Below are positions 17,117 through 27,357 of a DNA stretch of 64,000 nucleotides, one piece after another (positions within the stretch are counted from its first letter, which is position 1; each line of letters begins with the position of its first letter). The notes below the pieces were generated by a model. It had not been told where the DNA came from. It saw only the letters and a list, made by a program, of their open reading frames with translations, and made no database searches. The stretch comes from an uncultured Caulobacter sp. (lineage in GTDB: Bacteria; Pseudomonadota; Alphaproteobacteria; Caulobacterales; Caulobacteraceae): positions 1,437 to 65,436 of the forward strand of contig CAJYMH010000035.1 in assembly GCA_913776195.1 (NCBI GenBank), given 5' to 3'. A program made the position numbers and the translations under genes.

Positions 17117-17274
17117 GGGGAGGCTCCTGAAATTGGACTCTCCGAACGGCCTAGAGCCTCGCGACCTGGGCTGACCACGGCATCTACGACACTGTTTTTC
17201 CGATATTTTCTGGAGACATGAGGTTCGTGCGCACACCATCAAGAAGAGCGCACGATGCGTCAGACCTGAGCATG

Positions 17275-17307
17275 AAAAAGGGCGACGGACCCGAAGATCC
17301 GCCGCCC
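17275..17307 (-). terminator. Intrinsic terminator of TBDR 1
   Basis: gggcggcggatc-ttcg-ggtccgtcgccc plus TTTTT on the minus strand. Confidence 0.8.
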
Positions 17308-17329
17308 GTATACGCCGCTCAGCTGTTCG

Positions 17330-20146
17330 TCAGAACCGCAGCTTGGCGCCGACGAAGTAGTTCCGGCCCACGATGTCGTAGGTGTTCGGGTCAGTGTTGC
17401 CGTCGTTGGCGTTGTCGAAGATCGGCGGCCGCTTGTTGGTCAGGTTGCGGACGCCTCCGAACAGCTCGACCTTTTCAGTGACGCCCCAACGGGCCGAGAC
17501 GTCGTGATAGATGAAGGCCTTCACGGTGGTGTAGCCGCCGTCTTCGAAGGCCGGGATGTTGCCCTGGTTGTCCATGGCGCCGATGTAGGTGCCGGTATAG
17601 GCCAGGTTCACCGGCCCCACGTCATAGGACATGCGCAGGTTGCCCTTCCATTCCGGCAAGGTCGCGCTGATGTTGTAGAAGCCGGCGGTGTCGGCGTAGT
17701 CGATCCCGTCGAGGACGTAGCTCTTCAGGTAGGTGACGTTCAGGTCGATGTTGAGCTTGTCGCCCCACAGGCCCCCGGCCCACGGCACGTTCCAGCCGTA
17801 GTTGATGGCGAAATCGACGCCCTTGACCCGCAGGGCCGAGACGTTGTCCAGCAGCGCCCGCGCCTTGAGGGTGCCGGCCGCGTCGCGATAGATCAACGGC
17901 AGGCCGATCACATCATTGAAGCAGGCAGACGAGGTCATGTCGCCGCTGGCGAAACAGGCCCCGACGATGCCGGCGACGCCCCCCTCGATGGTGCCGATGT
18001 AATCCTTCACGTTGATGTCGTGATAGTCGATCGTCGCGGTGAGCCCGGGCGCGAAGCTGGGCTGCAGGACGACGCCGGCGGTCAGGGTTTCCGACCGCTC
18101 CTCGGCCAGGTTCGGGTTGCCGTAGAAGAAGGTCTCCGTCTGGGTGTTCAGGGCGATGAAGCCGTTGGCCACCGGGTCGAAGCCCAGCTGCGCCGTGCAG
18201 AAGGCGCGGGTCGAGGCCGACAGGCTGCGCGCCGCGGCGGTCGCCGGATGGCGGGTCGAGCAGGGATCGATGAACTGCGGGAAGCCCTGGTCGTTGGACT
18301 GGAACAGTTCAAAGACCGAGGGCGCGCGGCTGGCGCGCTGATACATGCCGCGGAAGCGGATCTGATCGAACGGCTTGTACTCGACGCCCGCCTTGTAGCT
18401 GGTGACCCTGCCCACCGATGAATAGTCGGAGAGGCGCGCGCCCAGTTCGAGGCCCAGGTACTTGAAGCCGGTCACGTCCGCCACGAGGGGAACAACGGCC
18501 TCGGCGTAGAGCTCCTTCACCGTGACCGAGCCGGCCACCGGCCGCTCGGCGTTGAAACCGAAGACATCTCCGGACGCCTTGGCGGCGTCGGGGGTGAAGT
18601 TCAGCTGGTCCTTGCGGTATTCGCCGCCGAGCGCCACCGAAAGGTCGCCTGCGGGCAGCTTGAACAGCGGGCCGGACACGAATCCCGAGACGAGATTGCG
18701 GGAGAAGACGTTGAGATCGCTGAAGTTCAGGCGCACGAAGTCCGCCGCCGCCGGAGAGATAGTCCCCGCCCCGAACATGTTGAGCGGCGCGCAGTTGGCG
18801 TAGATCGCCAGTGAGCCCGGGGCGCAGGCCGTGGTCGTGCCGCCCGCCGCGACGGCCGCCGCCACGCGAGAACGCGAGACGTCGTTGAGAATCTGGGATC
18901 GGAACTCCGTGCGGCCGTAGCTGTAGTACCCCTCCGCCCGCCAGCCCGAGCCCAGGTCGGCGTTCAGGCCCAGATTGGCCTGGTACATGTCGGCGTCGCG
19001 CTTATCGATGCGCGGGCCAAGCTCCGCCATGCGGCGATCGAAGAACATCGGCGCGGTAGGGTTCGGGCGCGTCGCCAGCAAGCTGGCCAGGGCGGGCGTC
19101 ACGAAGGCGTTGTTGTACGGAATCTGGATGCCGGTCGCCGGGGTCGGGGCCAGCTGGGCCGAGTTGCGGCTGTCGGAATAGACCAGCTCCGTAGTGAACT
19201 CGACAGCCTCGGTCAGGTCGTAGCGGCCGAACATGGCGGCGTTCAAACGCTTGCCCGGCGACATGATGTTGTTGACCGGCGTGAAGTCATAGCGGTCGCT
19301 GGTCGGTCCCAAGCCGAAGTCATTGACGAACGGACGCGGCGTGCCGTTGTTGTTGAAGGCGTAGCGAACGTTCTGCGGGCTGCTGAGCGAACCGCCGTAG
19401 GGGTTGCCCGGCAGCGAGTTCAAGCCGCCGCGCGCGCCGGTGCCGGAGCCGCCGGCGTTGGAGGTCAGCGACCACGGGCGGTCGCTGTTGGGCAGGACCC
19501 GGCTGCGGTCATAGATGGACAGATAGGCGGTGACGTTGCCCTTCCCGTCCGGCGAATTGGCCCCGACGAGCGCGTAGCCGTTGTAGGTCTCGTTGTCGCC
19601 GTACTTGCTGATCCCGTACTGGCCGCCCAGCTCCACCCCTTCGAAGTCGCGCTTCAGGATGAAGTTGACCACGCCCGCCAGGGCGTCAGAGCCGTACACC
19701 GCCGAGGCGCCGCCGGTGACCACCTCCACCCGCTCGATCAGGGCGGTGGGGATAGTGTTGAGGTCCGCCGCGTTCAGGCGCGTCGCCGGGTTGATCCGCC
19801 GGCCGTTGACGAGCACCAGGGTGCGGGTCGGGCCAAGGCCGCGCAGATCGACCGTGGCCGTGCCGTCGGAGGGATTGTTGGAGGCGGCGCTGAAGCCGGG
19901 CACCACCTGGGGCAGACGGTTCATTACCTCTTCGGTGTTGGTGGCGCCGGTGGCCTGGATCGCCTCCGAGCTCACCGTCGAGACCGGGCTGTTGGCGATG
20001 TAGTCCTGCCGCGCGATGCGCGAGCCGGTGATGATGACTTCCTCGACCGTCGCCTCCTGCGCGAAGGCCGGGACGGCCAGGGCGAAGGCCGCGCCGCAGA
20101 TCATCGACGACGCCATCAGGCGCGTGCGGGTGGTGGTGTGTTGCAA
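17330..20146 (-). CDS. TonB-dependent receptor (copy 1)
   Basis: TTG start, signal peptide, EEVIITGSRI TonB box, DLRGLG..RTLVLVNGRR and GGASAVYGSDA plug motifs, C-terminal Phe. Confidence 0.95.
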   Translation of the reverse strand: MQHTTTRTRLMASSMICGAAFALAVPAFAQEATVEEVIITGSRIARQDYIANSPVSTVSSEAIQATGATNTEEVMNRLPQVVPGFSAASNNPSDGTATVDLRGLGPTRTLVLVNGRRINPATRLNAADLNTIPTALIERVEVVTGGASAVYGSDALAGVVNFILKRDFEGVELGGQYGISKYGDNETYNGYALVGANSPDGKGNVTAYLSIYDRSRVLPNSDRPWSLTSNAGGSGTGARGGLNSLPGNPYGGSLSSPQNVRYAFNNNGTPRPFVNDFGLGPTSDRYDFTPVNNIMSPGKRLNAAMFGRYDLTEAVEFTTELVYSDSRNSAQLAPTPATGIQIPYNNAFVTPALASLLATRPNPTAPMFFDRRMAELGPRIDKRDADMYQANLGLNADLGSGWRAEGYYSYGRTEFRSQILNDVSRSRVAAAVAAGGTTTACAPGSLAIYANCAPLNMFGAGTISPAAADFVRLNFSDLNVFSRNLVSGFVSGPLFKLPAGDLSVALGGEYRKDQLNFTPDAAKASGDVFGFNAERPVAGSVTVKELYAEAVVPLVADVTGFKYLGLELGARLSDYSSVGRVTSYKAGVEYKPFDQIRFRGMYQRASRAPSVFELFQSNDQGFPQFIDPCSTRHPATAAARSLSASTRAFCTAQLGFDPVANGFIALNTQTETFFYGNPNLAEERSETLTAGVVLQPSFAPGLTATIDYHDINVKDYIGTIEGGVAGIVGACFASGDMTSSACFNDVIGLPLIYRDAAGTLKARALLDNVSALRVKGVDFAINYGWNVPWAGGLWGDKLNIDLNVTYLKSYVLDGIDYADTAGFYNISATLPEWKGNLRMSYDVGPVNLAYTGTYIGAMDNQGNIPAFEDGGYTTVKAFIYHDVSARWGVTEKVELFGGVRNLTNKRPPIFDNANDGNTDPNTYDIVGRNYFVGAKLRF

Positions 20147-20398
20147 GATTTCGATCCCTCCGGCGGCCGGTGTCCCCCGGGCCGCTCCCCTGTTGCAGCG
20201 GCGAGGACGCCGCCAGAGCACAAAGGGACGGACGCTCAGCACGCCCATCCTTGGGACGAGGGCTAAGCCGATCGCCAGCGCCGGTACACGGCATCGGCGA
20301 CACATTTAGTCTTATATTTGAAACACTTGACCACGATTGCGCTTAAACGCCGAGGGCCCCAGCACGATAGATCAAGTCGGCGCTCGCGCTCTCGTCGC

Positions 20399-20836
20399 CT
20401 AGACTGACGGCGCGCCGAGCTTGTCCACGCGCGGGCCGTGGCGACCGCCGGCGAAGGCCGTGTCGAGGAAGGCGGTGACGCAGGCCTTGGCCATGTCGGG
20501 GCCGGTCAGGCGGGCGCCCAGGGCGATGACGTTGGCGTCGTTATGCTCCCGGCTCAGGGCGGCGGAGAGCGGCTCCCCGACCAGGGCGCAGCGGCAGGCC
20601 GGATTGCGGTTGACCGCGATGGAGATGCCGATCCCCGATCCGCAAAGGGCGACGCCGCGCTCAGCCTGGCCGCCGGCGACGTGCGCGGCGAGCTTGTAGC
20701 CATAGTCGGGATAGTCGACACGCTCGCCGCTGTCGGGACCCAGATCGGCCACCTCATGGCCAAGGCTGGTCAGCCAGGCCGTCAGCTCGGCCTTGAGTTC
20801 GATCGCGGCGTGATCCGAGGCGATGGCGATGCGCAT
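20399..20836 (-). CDS. rpiB: Ribose-5-phosphate isomerase B
   Basis: IAIASDHAA, DYPDY, CGSGIGISIAVN, REHNDANVIALGAR, GGRH..RVDK. Confidence 0.95.
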   Translation of the reverse strand: MRIAIASDHAAIELKAELTAWLTSLGHEVADLGPDSGERVDYPDYGYKLAAHVAGGQAERGVALCGSGIGISIAVNRNPACRCALVGEPLSAALSREHNDANVIALGARLTGPDMAKACVTAFLDTAFAGGRHGPRVDKLGAPSV

Positions 20837-20893
20837 GATGTCGACTCCTGAGCCCAAGTCTGGGCGTCCCGCCCAATAGCCGAACCCGCCGCC

Positions 20894-20930
20894 AAAAAGA
20901 AAGGGCGGCGGACCCGAGGATCCGCCGCCC
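20894..20930 (-). terminator. Intrinsic terminator of TBDR 2
   Basis: gggcggcggatc-ctcg-ggtccgccgccc plus TTTCTTTTT. Confidence 0.8.
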
Positions 20931-21012
20931 GAACCAACCTTTCGGTCAGCTTGTCTTAGAGTTGGCGCGCATTACGCGGCGAAACCGCGAACACTTTCGC
21001 CTAACCCGCTTC

Positions 21013-23832
21013 TTAGAAGCGCAGCTTGGCGCCGACGAAGTAGTTCCGCCCGATGATGTCGTAGGTGTTCGGGTCGGTGTTGCCGTCCGGGGCGTTGTCG
21101 AACACCGGCGGAGTTTCGTCCGACAGGTTCCGCACGCCGCCGAACACTTCGACCTTCTCGGTCACGGCCCAGCGAGCCGAGACGTCGTGATAGAAGAAGC
21201 TGTCGGTGCCGACGTAGCCGCCGTCCTCGAAGTCCGGGATGTTGCCCTGGTTGTCCATCGAGTCGATGAAGGTGCCGGTGTAGGACACGCGGACCGGACC
21301 GACGTCGTAGCCCAGGCGCAGCGAGGCCTTCCATTCCGGCAGCGAGGCCGAGATGTTGTAGGCGCCGATCGTGCCCTTGTACTGCACGCCGTCCAGCTCA
21401 TAGCTGTCCAGGTAGGTGACATTGAGGTCGAAGTTCAGCTTCTCGCCCCACATGCCGCCGGCCCACGGCACGTTCCAGCCGTAGTTGACGGCGAAGTCGA
21501 CGCCCTTGGTGCGCAGAGCCGACACGTTGCCGAGCGGCGCGCGGGCCTTCAGGGCGCCGCCGGCGTCACGGTAGATCAGCGGCAGGCCGATGCCTTGGTT
21601 GAAGCAAGCGTCCGAGGTCAGCGAACCGCTGGCGAAGCAGCCGTTCACGATGCCCGACACGCCGCCTTCCAGGGTGCCGATGTAGTCCTCGACCTTGATG
21701 TCGTAGTAGTCGATCGTCGCGGTCAGGCCCGGGACGAAGGTCGGCTGCCACACCAGACCGGCGGTCAGGGTTTCAGACTTTTCCTCGTTCAGGTTCGGGT
21801 TGCCGAAGAAGAACGATTCCGTCTGGGTGTTCTGCGCCACGAAGCTGGTGGTCACCGGATCGAAGCCCAGCTGCGCGGTGCAGAAGGCGCGGACCGAAGC
21901 CGACAGGGTGCGCGCGGCGCCCGTGCCGGGGTTGACCGTGGTGCAGGGGTCGAGAACGGCCGGGAAGCCCTGGTCGCCCGACTGGAACAGTTCGAACACC
22001 GACGGAGCGCGGCTGGCGCGCTGATACATGCCGCGAACGCGCAGCTGGTCGATCGGCTTGTATTCGACACCGATCTTGTAGCTGTAGACATTGCCCACCG
22101 ACGAGTAGTCGGAATAGCGGGCGCCCAGCTCCAGGCCCAGGTACTCGGCGCCGGTCACGCCCGACACGATCGGCACCATGGCTTCGGCGTAGAGTTCGCC
22201 GACGCTGGAGGAGCCGCCCACGGCGCGTTCGGCGTTAAAGCCGAAGATGTCGCCGGCGTTCTTGGCCGCGTCCGGGGTGAAGTCCAGCTTGTCTTCACGC
22301 CATTCGGCGCCGAAGGCCACCGACAGGTCGCCGGCCGGCAGCTTGAACAGCGGGCCCGAGACGAAGCCCGAAGCCGTGTTGCGTTCGAAGACCGTCAGGT
22401 CGCTGAAGTTGATGCGGACGAAGTTCGCCGCCGCCGGGCTGATGGCGCCCTGGCCGAACAGGTTGATCGGGGCGCAGTTGGCGAAGATCGCCAGCGACGA
22501 CGGGGCGCAGCTGGTGGTCGTGCCGCCCGCCGCGATGGCCGCTTGCACCTTGGAGCGCGAGACGTCGTTCTGGACGCCGACGCGGAACTCGGTGCGGCCG
22601 AAGCTGTAGAAGGCTTCCGCGCGCCATTCGTTGCCCAGGTCAGCCTTCAGGCCGAGGTTGATCTGGTACAGGTCTGAGTCACGGGTCTCGACGCGCGGGC
22701 CGACTTCCGTCATGCGGCGATCGAAGAACATCGGCGCGGTGGCGTTCGGACGCGAGGCCAGAAGCGTGGCCAGGGCCGGCGTGACGAACGCGTTGTTGTA
22801 CGGGATCTGGATCCCGGTCGCCGGCGTCGGGGCCAGCTGGGCGGCGTTGCGGCTGTCCGAATAGAAGAATTCGCCGACGAACTCGAGATTGTCAGTGATG
22901 TCGTAGCGGCCCAGGACGGCGGCGTTGAAGCGCTCACCCGGCGACAGCAGGTTGTTGACCGGCGCGAAGTCGTAGCGGTCGCTGGTCGGGCCAAGGCCGA
23001 AATCGTTGACGAAAGGACGCGGCGTGCCGTTTGCGTTGAAGGCGTAGCGGATGTTCTGCGGGCTCGAGGTCGAGCCGCCGAAGGGGTTGGTGCCGACGGC
23101 GTTCAGGCCGCCGCGCTCGCCCGTGCCCGAACCGCCGGCGTTCGACGACAGCGACCAGGCGCGATCGCTGTTCGGCAGGATGCGGTCGCGGTCATAGTAC
23201 GAAGCGTAGGCGGTGACATTGCCCTTGCCGTCCGGGGTGTTGGTGCCGAACAGCACGTAGCTGTTCGAGGTCTTGCCGTCGCCGAACTCGCTGACGCCGT
23301 ACTGGCTCGACAGCTCGACGCCTTCGAAGTTGTTCTTCAGGACGAAGTTCACCACGCCGGCCAGGGCGTCGGAGCCGTACACCGCCGAGGCGCCGCCGGT
23401 GACCACTTCAACCCGGTCGATCAAGGCTGTCGGGATGTTGTTCAGGTCGACGGTGTTGGCGCGGGTCGACGGGTTCATGCGACGGCCGTTGACCAGCACC
23501 AGGGTGCGGGTCGGGCCAATGCCGCGCAGATCGACGGTGGCCGTGCCGTCCGACGGGTTGTTGGACGCGGCGGTCAGGCCCGGAACGACCTGCGGCAGGC
23601 GGTTCAGGACGTCTTCAGTCGTCGTCGAACCGGCGGCCTGGATGGCTTCCGACGTGACGGTCGAGACGGGGCTATTGGCGACGTAGTCCTGGCGCGCGAT
23701 ACGCGAGCCGGTGATGACGATCTCTTCGACCGTCGCGTCTTGAGCCGACGCCGAGCCGGACATGGCCAGGAAGGCCGCGCCACAGATCATCGACGACGCC
23801 AGAAGGCGCGTGCGCGTGGTTTGGTTTTGCAA
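21013..23832 (-). CDS. TonB-dependent receptor (copy 2, close paralog of copy 1)
   Basis: TTG start, TonB box, plug motifs, C-terminal Phe; long identical peptide runs with copy 1. Confidence 0.95.
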   Translation of the reverse strand: MQNQTTRTRLLASSMICGAAFLAMSGSASAQDATVEEIVITGSRIARQDYVANSPVSTVTSEAIQAAGSTTTEDVLNRLPQVVPGLTAASNNPSDGTATVDLRGIGPTRTLVLVNGRRMNPSTRANTVDLNNIPTALIDRVEVVTGGASAVYGSDALAGVVNFVLKNNFEGVELSSQYGVSEFGDGKTSNSYVLFGTNTPDGKGNVTAYASYYDRDRILPNSDRAWSLSSNAGGSGTGERGGLNAVGTNPFGGSTSSPQNIRYAFNANGTPRPFVNDFGLGPTSDRYDFAPVNNLLSPGERFNAAVLGRYDITDNLEFVGEFFYSDSRNAAQLAPTPATGIQIPYNNAFVTPALATLLASRPNATAPMFFDRRMTEVGPRVETRDSDLYQINLGLKADLGNEWRAEAFYSFGRTEFRVGVQNDVSRSKVQAAIAAGGTTTSCAPSSLAIFANCAPINLFGQGAISPAAANFVRINFSDLTVFERNTASGFVSGPLFKLPAGDLSVAFGAEWREDKLDFTPDAAKNAGDIFGFNAERAVGGSSSVGELYAEAMVPIVSGVTGAEYLGLELGARYSDYSSVGNVYSYKIGVEYKPIDQLRVRGMYQRASRAPSVFELFQSGDQGFPAVLDPCTTVNPGTGAARTLSASVRAFCTAQLGFDPVTTSFVAQNTQTESFFFGNPNLNEEKSETLTAGLVWQPTFVPGLTATIDYYDIKVEDYIGTLEGGVSGIVNGCFASGSLTSDACFNQGIGLPLIYRDAGGALKARAPLGNVSALRTKGVDFAVNYGWNVPWAGGMWGEKLNFDLNVTYLDSYELDGVQYKGTIGAYNISASLPEWKASLRLGYDVGPVRVSYTGTFIDSMDNQGNIPDFEDGGYVGTDSFFYHDVSARWAVTEKVEVFGGVRNLSDETPPVFDNAPDGNTDPNTYDIIGRNYFVGAKLRF

Positions 23833-24073
23833 GATTTCGATCCTCCGGCGACCGGGCGCGAATGCGCGGGGCCGCTCCCCTTACTGTTGAATCGGAGCGC
23901 GAACGCTTCGATGGCGCGACTATCTGCCGCCCGGAAACAGGGTCAATGGAGGTTGAATGCTCAAGCTTCAGGCAACTTGGCGCCTGTCGCATTAATGACA
24001 CATATTGTGACAACGCAACCCTGAGTCAGCGAACCGAGTTCCAGGGCGCAAGTCAAAGTAGAAACAACAGCAC

Positions 24074-24110
24074 AAAAAGATTGGGCGACGGGCCCGAAGG
24101 CCCGCCGCCC
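24074..24110 (-). terminator. Intrinsic terminator of TBDR 3
   Basis: gggcggcgggcc-ttcg-ggcccgtcgccc stem plus T-run. Confidence 0.75.
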
Positions 24111-24128
24111 TTTCTTGTCACTAAGCTC

Positions 24129-27065
24129 TTAGTACTTGAGCGAAGCGTTGATGAAGAACATCCGGCCCAGGACGTCGTACACGGCCGGGTAGCCGCTGTT
24201 CGACGGGGAGGCGTTGCCGCCCATGATCGGATACTTCTCTTGGGTCAGGTTACGGACGCCGCCCGTGAAGGACACGGTGTCCGTGGCGCGCCAGTCAGCC
24301 GACAGGTCGAAGTAGTTCTTCACGCCGACCTTATCGACGACGAAGGTGGTGCCCGGGTTGTCGTCGATCACGTCGTCCAGGAAGTTCCACACCAGGTTCA
24401 GGCCGTAGTTTTCGTACGTCCAGTTGACCGAGGTGCGCAGCTTGTGACGCGGGGTCGGATTGCCGCAGGCGGCGCCGAACTTGTCCGCGCACTTCACAGG
24501 ATTGGACAGTTCGTCCGCCTTGAAGGTGTTTTCCCAGCTGTTCGTGTAGAGCGACTTGATGGCGATGCCGCCCACTTCCGGCAGGCCGAGGTCGGCCAGG
24601 TCGAAGCGGTAGGACACGCCGATGTCGATGCCCTCAACGCTGTTCGAGGCAGCGTTTTGGTTGATGCGCGACACGAAGTCGATCGAGCCGTTGGCCAGGC
24701 GGTTGATGGCTTGGCAGTACGGCGAGGACGGGTTGCCGTTCACGATCGGGCCGTAGCAGACGTTCATCACGTTCTGCGTGGTGCCGCCGAAAGCGGTGAT
24801 CTGGTCTTCGATCTTGATATCGAAGTAGTCCACCGTGATGGCGAGGCGCGGGATGAACGACGGCTGATAGACGAAGCCGACCGTGAAGGTGTCGGCGACT
24901 TCCGGAGCCAGGTTCGGGTTGCCGCCCGTCAGGGTCTGGGTTTGCTGGTTCGCATTGATCTGACCAACGACGGACGCAGCGACGCCCGAGTTGATGCAGG
25001 CCTGGCGGATAGCAGCGGTCGGAGCGCCGCGAGCCGAGCACGGGTCGGTCGAGGTCGGGAAGCCGTTGCCTTGCGGGGCGAACAGTTCACCAACCGACGG
25101 AGCGCGGACGGCGCGGTTGTACGACGCACGGATGCGCAGGTCGTCGAAGACTTCCCAGTCACCGGCGACCTTGTAGGTCTTGGTGATCTCGTCTTGCGAG
25201 GAGTAGTCCGACAGACGGCCGGCCAGTTCCAGGTTCACCGACTTCGCGAAGGGCAGGTCCTTCAGGAGCGGCACCAGCAGTTCGCCGTACAGTTCGTAGA
25301 CGTCGAAGTCACCACGCACGGGCGGCGAGGCGTTGAAGCCCGTCAGGTTGCCGACGGCCAGATCCTGCGACGGACGGAAGTCGAAGCCTTCGTAACGGTA
25401 TTCAGAACCGATCGCGAAGCCGACGCCGCCGGCCGGCAGGGTGAAGAAGTTGTCGGTGTTGCCCGAGAAGAAGGCCGACGCCACCAGTTGCTCGTAGTCC
25501 TGCGAGGACTCGATGCGGGTCTTGATGAAGTTGGCGGCTTCAGCCGAAATCCGGCCGCGGCCGAACAGGTTGACCGGGACGCAGCCGTTGGACGGATCCA
25601 GGCAGCCCGTGCCGGCGGCGTTCAGCAGGAGGCCCTGCTGGATGCGCTGCAGGCTGGTGTCGCCGAGCAGCGAGTTGGAGCCGTGGGTGTTGCCGTACTG
25701 GATGTACGTTTCCCAGGAGCCGTTGACGAAGTTCAGGTCGCCACGCAGACCGAACTGGGTCTGGAAGCCGTAGAAGTTGAACTCGCTGATGCGCGGGCCG
25801 ACTTCCGACAGGCGGCGGTTGAACACGCCGCTGACGGTGTCGAAGATGCCGTCGCCGTCGCTATCGACGTCCGTGTACGTGCCGGCAGCCCAAGCAGCGC
25901 TGGTCGGAATGGTGTACGCGGTGGTCGAACCCAGGGTGTTCAGAGCGGCCTTGGCGGCCGGCGTCAGGAACGGGTTGTTGTCCAGCGTGAAGCGGAAGGT
26001 CCGCGAACCGACCGGCGTTTCGGCCAGCTGCGTGGTGACCGCCGAATAGACGAAGTTACCCTTGGCGAAGGCTTCGATGCCCGGGGCGATCTCGTAGTTG
26101 CCGAGAGCGGTGACCGAGTAACGCTCCTGCGGGGTCTGCAGGTAGTTGATCGGCGCGAAGTTATAGGTGTCGGTGTCTTGGTTGTAGAGACGGACGCCAC
26201 CGGTGTTGGTGAACAGGGTGGTGTTCGCGGCGTTGTTCGCAACACCGGGCAGGGTGGCGAAACGGCCGGCGACGAACGGGTTGACCGTACCGTCTTCCTG
26301 CGAGCCCGAGCCCGAGATGACCAGGCCGGTGATGCCGCGGGCGCGCTGGGCGGCCGAGGGTTCACCGTAGGCGAAGCCGAGCAGGCCGCCGCGCTTGCCT
26401 TGGGTCAGCGGCTCACGGTCGTTGTAGCCGAGCGACAGGACGACGTTGCCCTTACCTTCGTCGAACGAGGCGCCCATGGTGGCGTCGACCGAATAGATCG
26501 GAGCGTCCAGGTCGTCGGTGTTCTGATAACCGGCGGTGAACTGGAAGCCTTCGAAGTCCTTCTTCAGCACGAAGTTCACGACGCCGGCGATGGCGTCCGA
26601 ACCGTAAACGGCCGAGGCGCCGCCGGTCACGACTTCCACGCGCTGGATCAGGGCCGGCGGGATCAGGTTCAGGTCGACCGTACCGTTTTGGGTGGTCGGG
26701 GTCTGACGCTTGCCGTCAACCAGCACCAGGGTGCGGTTGGCGCCGATGCCGCGCAGGTTCACGGTGGCCGCGCCGCCCGAACCGTTGTTCACGGTCGAGG
26801 TGACGCCGGGCACGGCTTGCGGCAGGGTGTTCAGCAGGTTTTCGGTGTTCACGACACCCGACTGCTTCAGTTCCTGCTCGCCGACGGTGGCGACGGGGCT
26901 GGTCGAGACCAGGTCCGGACGGGCGATACGCGAGCCGGTGACGACGATCTCTTCGACCGCGACGTCATCTTGCGCGTAGGCGGTGGTTGCGGACATGGCC
27001 ATGAAGGCCGCGCCACAAATCATCGAAGACGCGAGCAGGCGCTCACGCGTGGACTTGTTGATCAA
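24129..27065 (-). CDS. TonB-dependent receptor (copy 3, more distant paralog)
   Basis: TTG start after GGAGG, shared RLLASSMICGAAF signal peptide, TonB box, plug motifs, C-terminal Tyr. Confidence 0.95.
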   Translation of the reverse strand: MINKSTRERLLASSMICGAAFMAMSATTAYAQDDVAVEEIVVTGSRIARPDLVSTSPVATVGEQELKQSGVVNTENLLNTLPQAVPGVTSTVNNGSGGAATVNLRGIGANRTLVLVDGKRQTPTTQNGTVDLNLIPPALIQRVEVVTGGASAVYGSDAIAGVVNFVLKKDFEGFQFTAGYQNTDDLDAPIYSVDATMGASFDEGKGNVVLSLGYNDREPLTQGKRGGLLGFAYGEPSAAQRARGITGLVISGSGSQEDGTVNPFVAGRFATLPGVANNAANTTLFTNTGGVRLYNQDTDTYNFAPINYLQTPQERYSVTALGNYEIAPGIEAFAKGNFVYSAVTTQLAETPVGSRTFRFTLDNNPFLTPAAKAALNTLGSTTAYTIPTSAAWAAGTYTDVDSDGDGIFDTVSGVFNRRLSEVGPRISEFNFYGFQTQFGLRGDLNFVNGSWETYIQYGNTHGSNSLLGDTSLQRIQQGLLLNAAGTGCLDPSNGCVPVNLFGRGRISAEAANFIKTRIESSQDYEQLVASAFFSGNTDNFFTLPAGGVGFAIGSEYRYEGFDFRPSQDLAVGNLTGFNASPPVRGDFDVYELYGELLVPLLKDLPFAKSVNLELAGRLSDYSSQDEITKTYKVAGDWEVFDDLRIRASYNRAVRAPSVGELFAPQGNGFPTSTDPCSARGAPTAAIRQACINSGVAASVVGQINANQQTQTLTGGNPNLAPEVADTFTVGFVYQPSFIPRLAITVDYFDIKIEDQITAFGGTTQNVMNVCYGPIVNGNPSSPYCQAINRLANGSIDFVSRINQNAASNSVEGIDIGVSYRFDLADLGLPEVGGIAIKSLYTNSWENTFKADELSNPVKCADKFGAACGNPTPRHKLRTSVNWTYENYGLNLVWNFLDDVIDDNPGTTFVVDKVGVKNYFDLSADWRATDTVSFTGGVRNLTQEKYPIMGGNASPSNSGYPAVYDVLGRMFFINASLKY

Positions 27066-27357
27066 ATTTTTATCCTCCAGCAGCCGCTCGAAGCGGCGTG
27101 CCCCCAAAAAACAGAGGTTCGATACGGGTTTGGATTTTTTGGAATCCCGCAGCTCACCCCTGGGGAGGGACTACATCAAAGCGAACCGGTGTTGGGAATT
27201 GCTGTTTGAACGATTTCCGCCGCAATTTACGACTTGTTGCAGAAATGTTTCACCAACCGTCGTTTCCCTACCACTTAAAGGGGCAAGATCGCGTTTGAAC
27301 GGCGACGTTGCGGCGGAAGGCCCGACAGAGGTATTCCTTGTGAAACAAGGAGTCTCC

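Noticed and set aside
17330-23832. TBDR copies 1 and 2 as a DGR template/variable pair
   Set aside because: No reverse transcriptase; similarity spans whole genes and differences are not adenine-specific
23862-27209. 1115-aa plus-strand ORF, and similar long ORFs at 20962-22677, 39879-41657 and 53055-55778
   Set aside because: Antisense shadows of real high-GC genes; no recognisable motifs, and the lack of stops follows from the sense-strand codon bias
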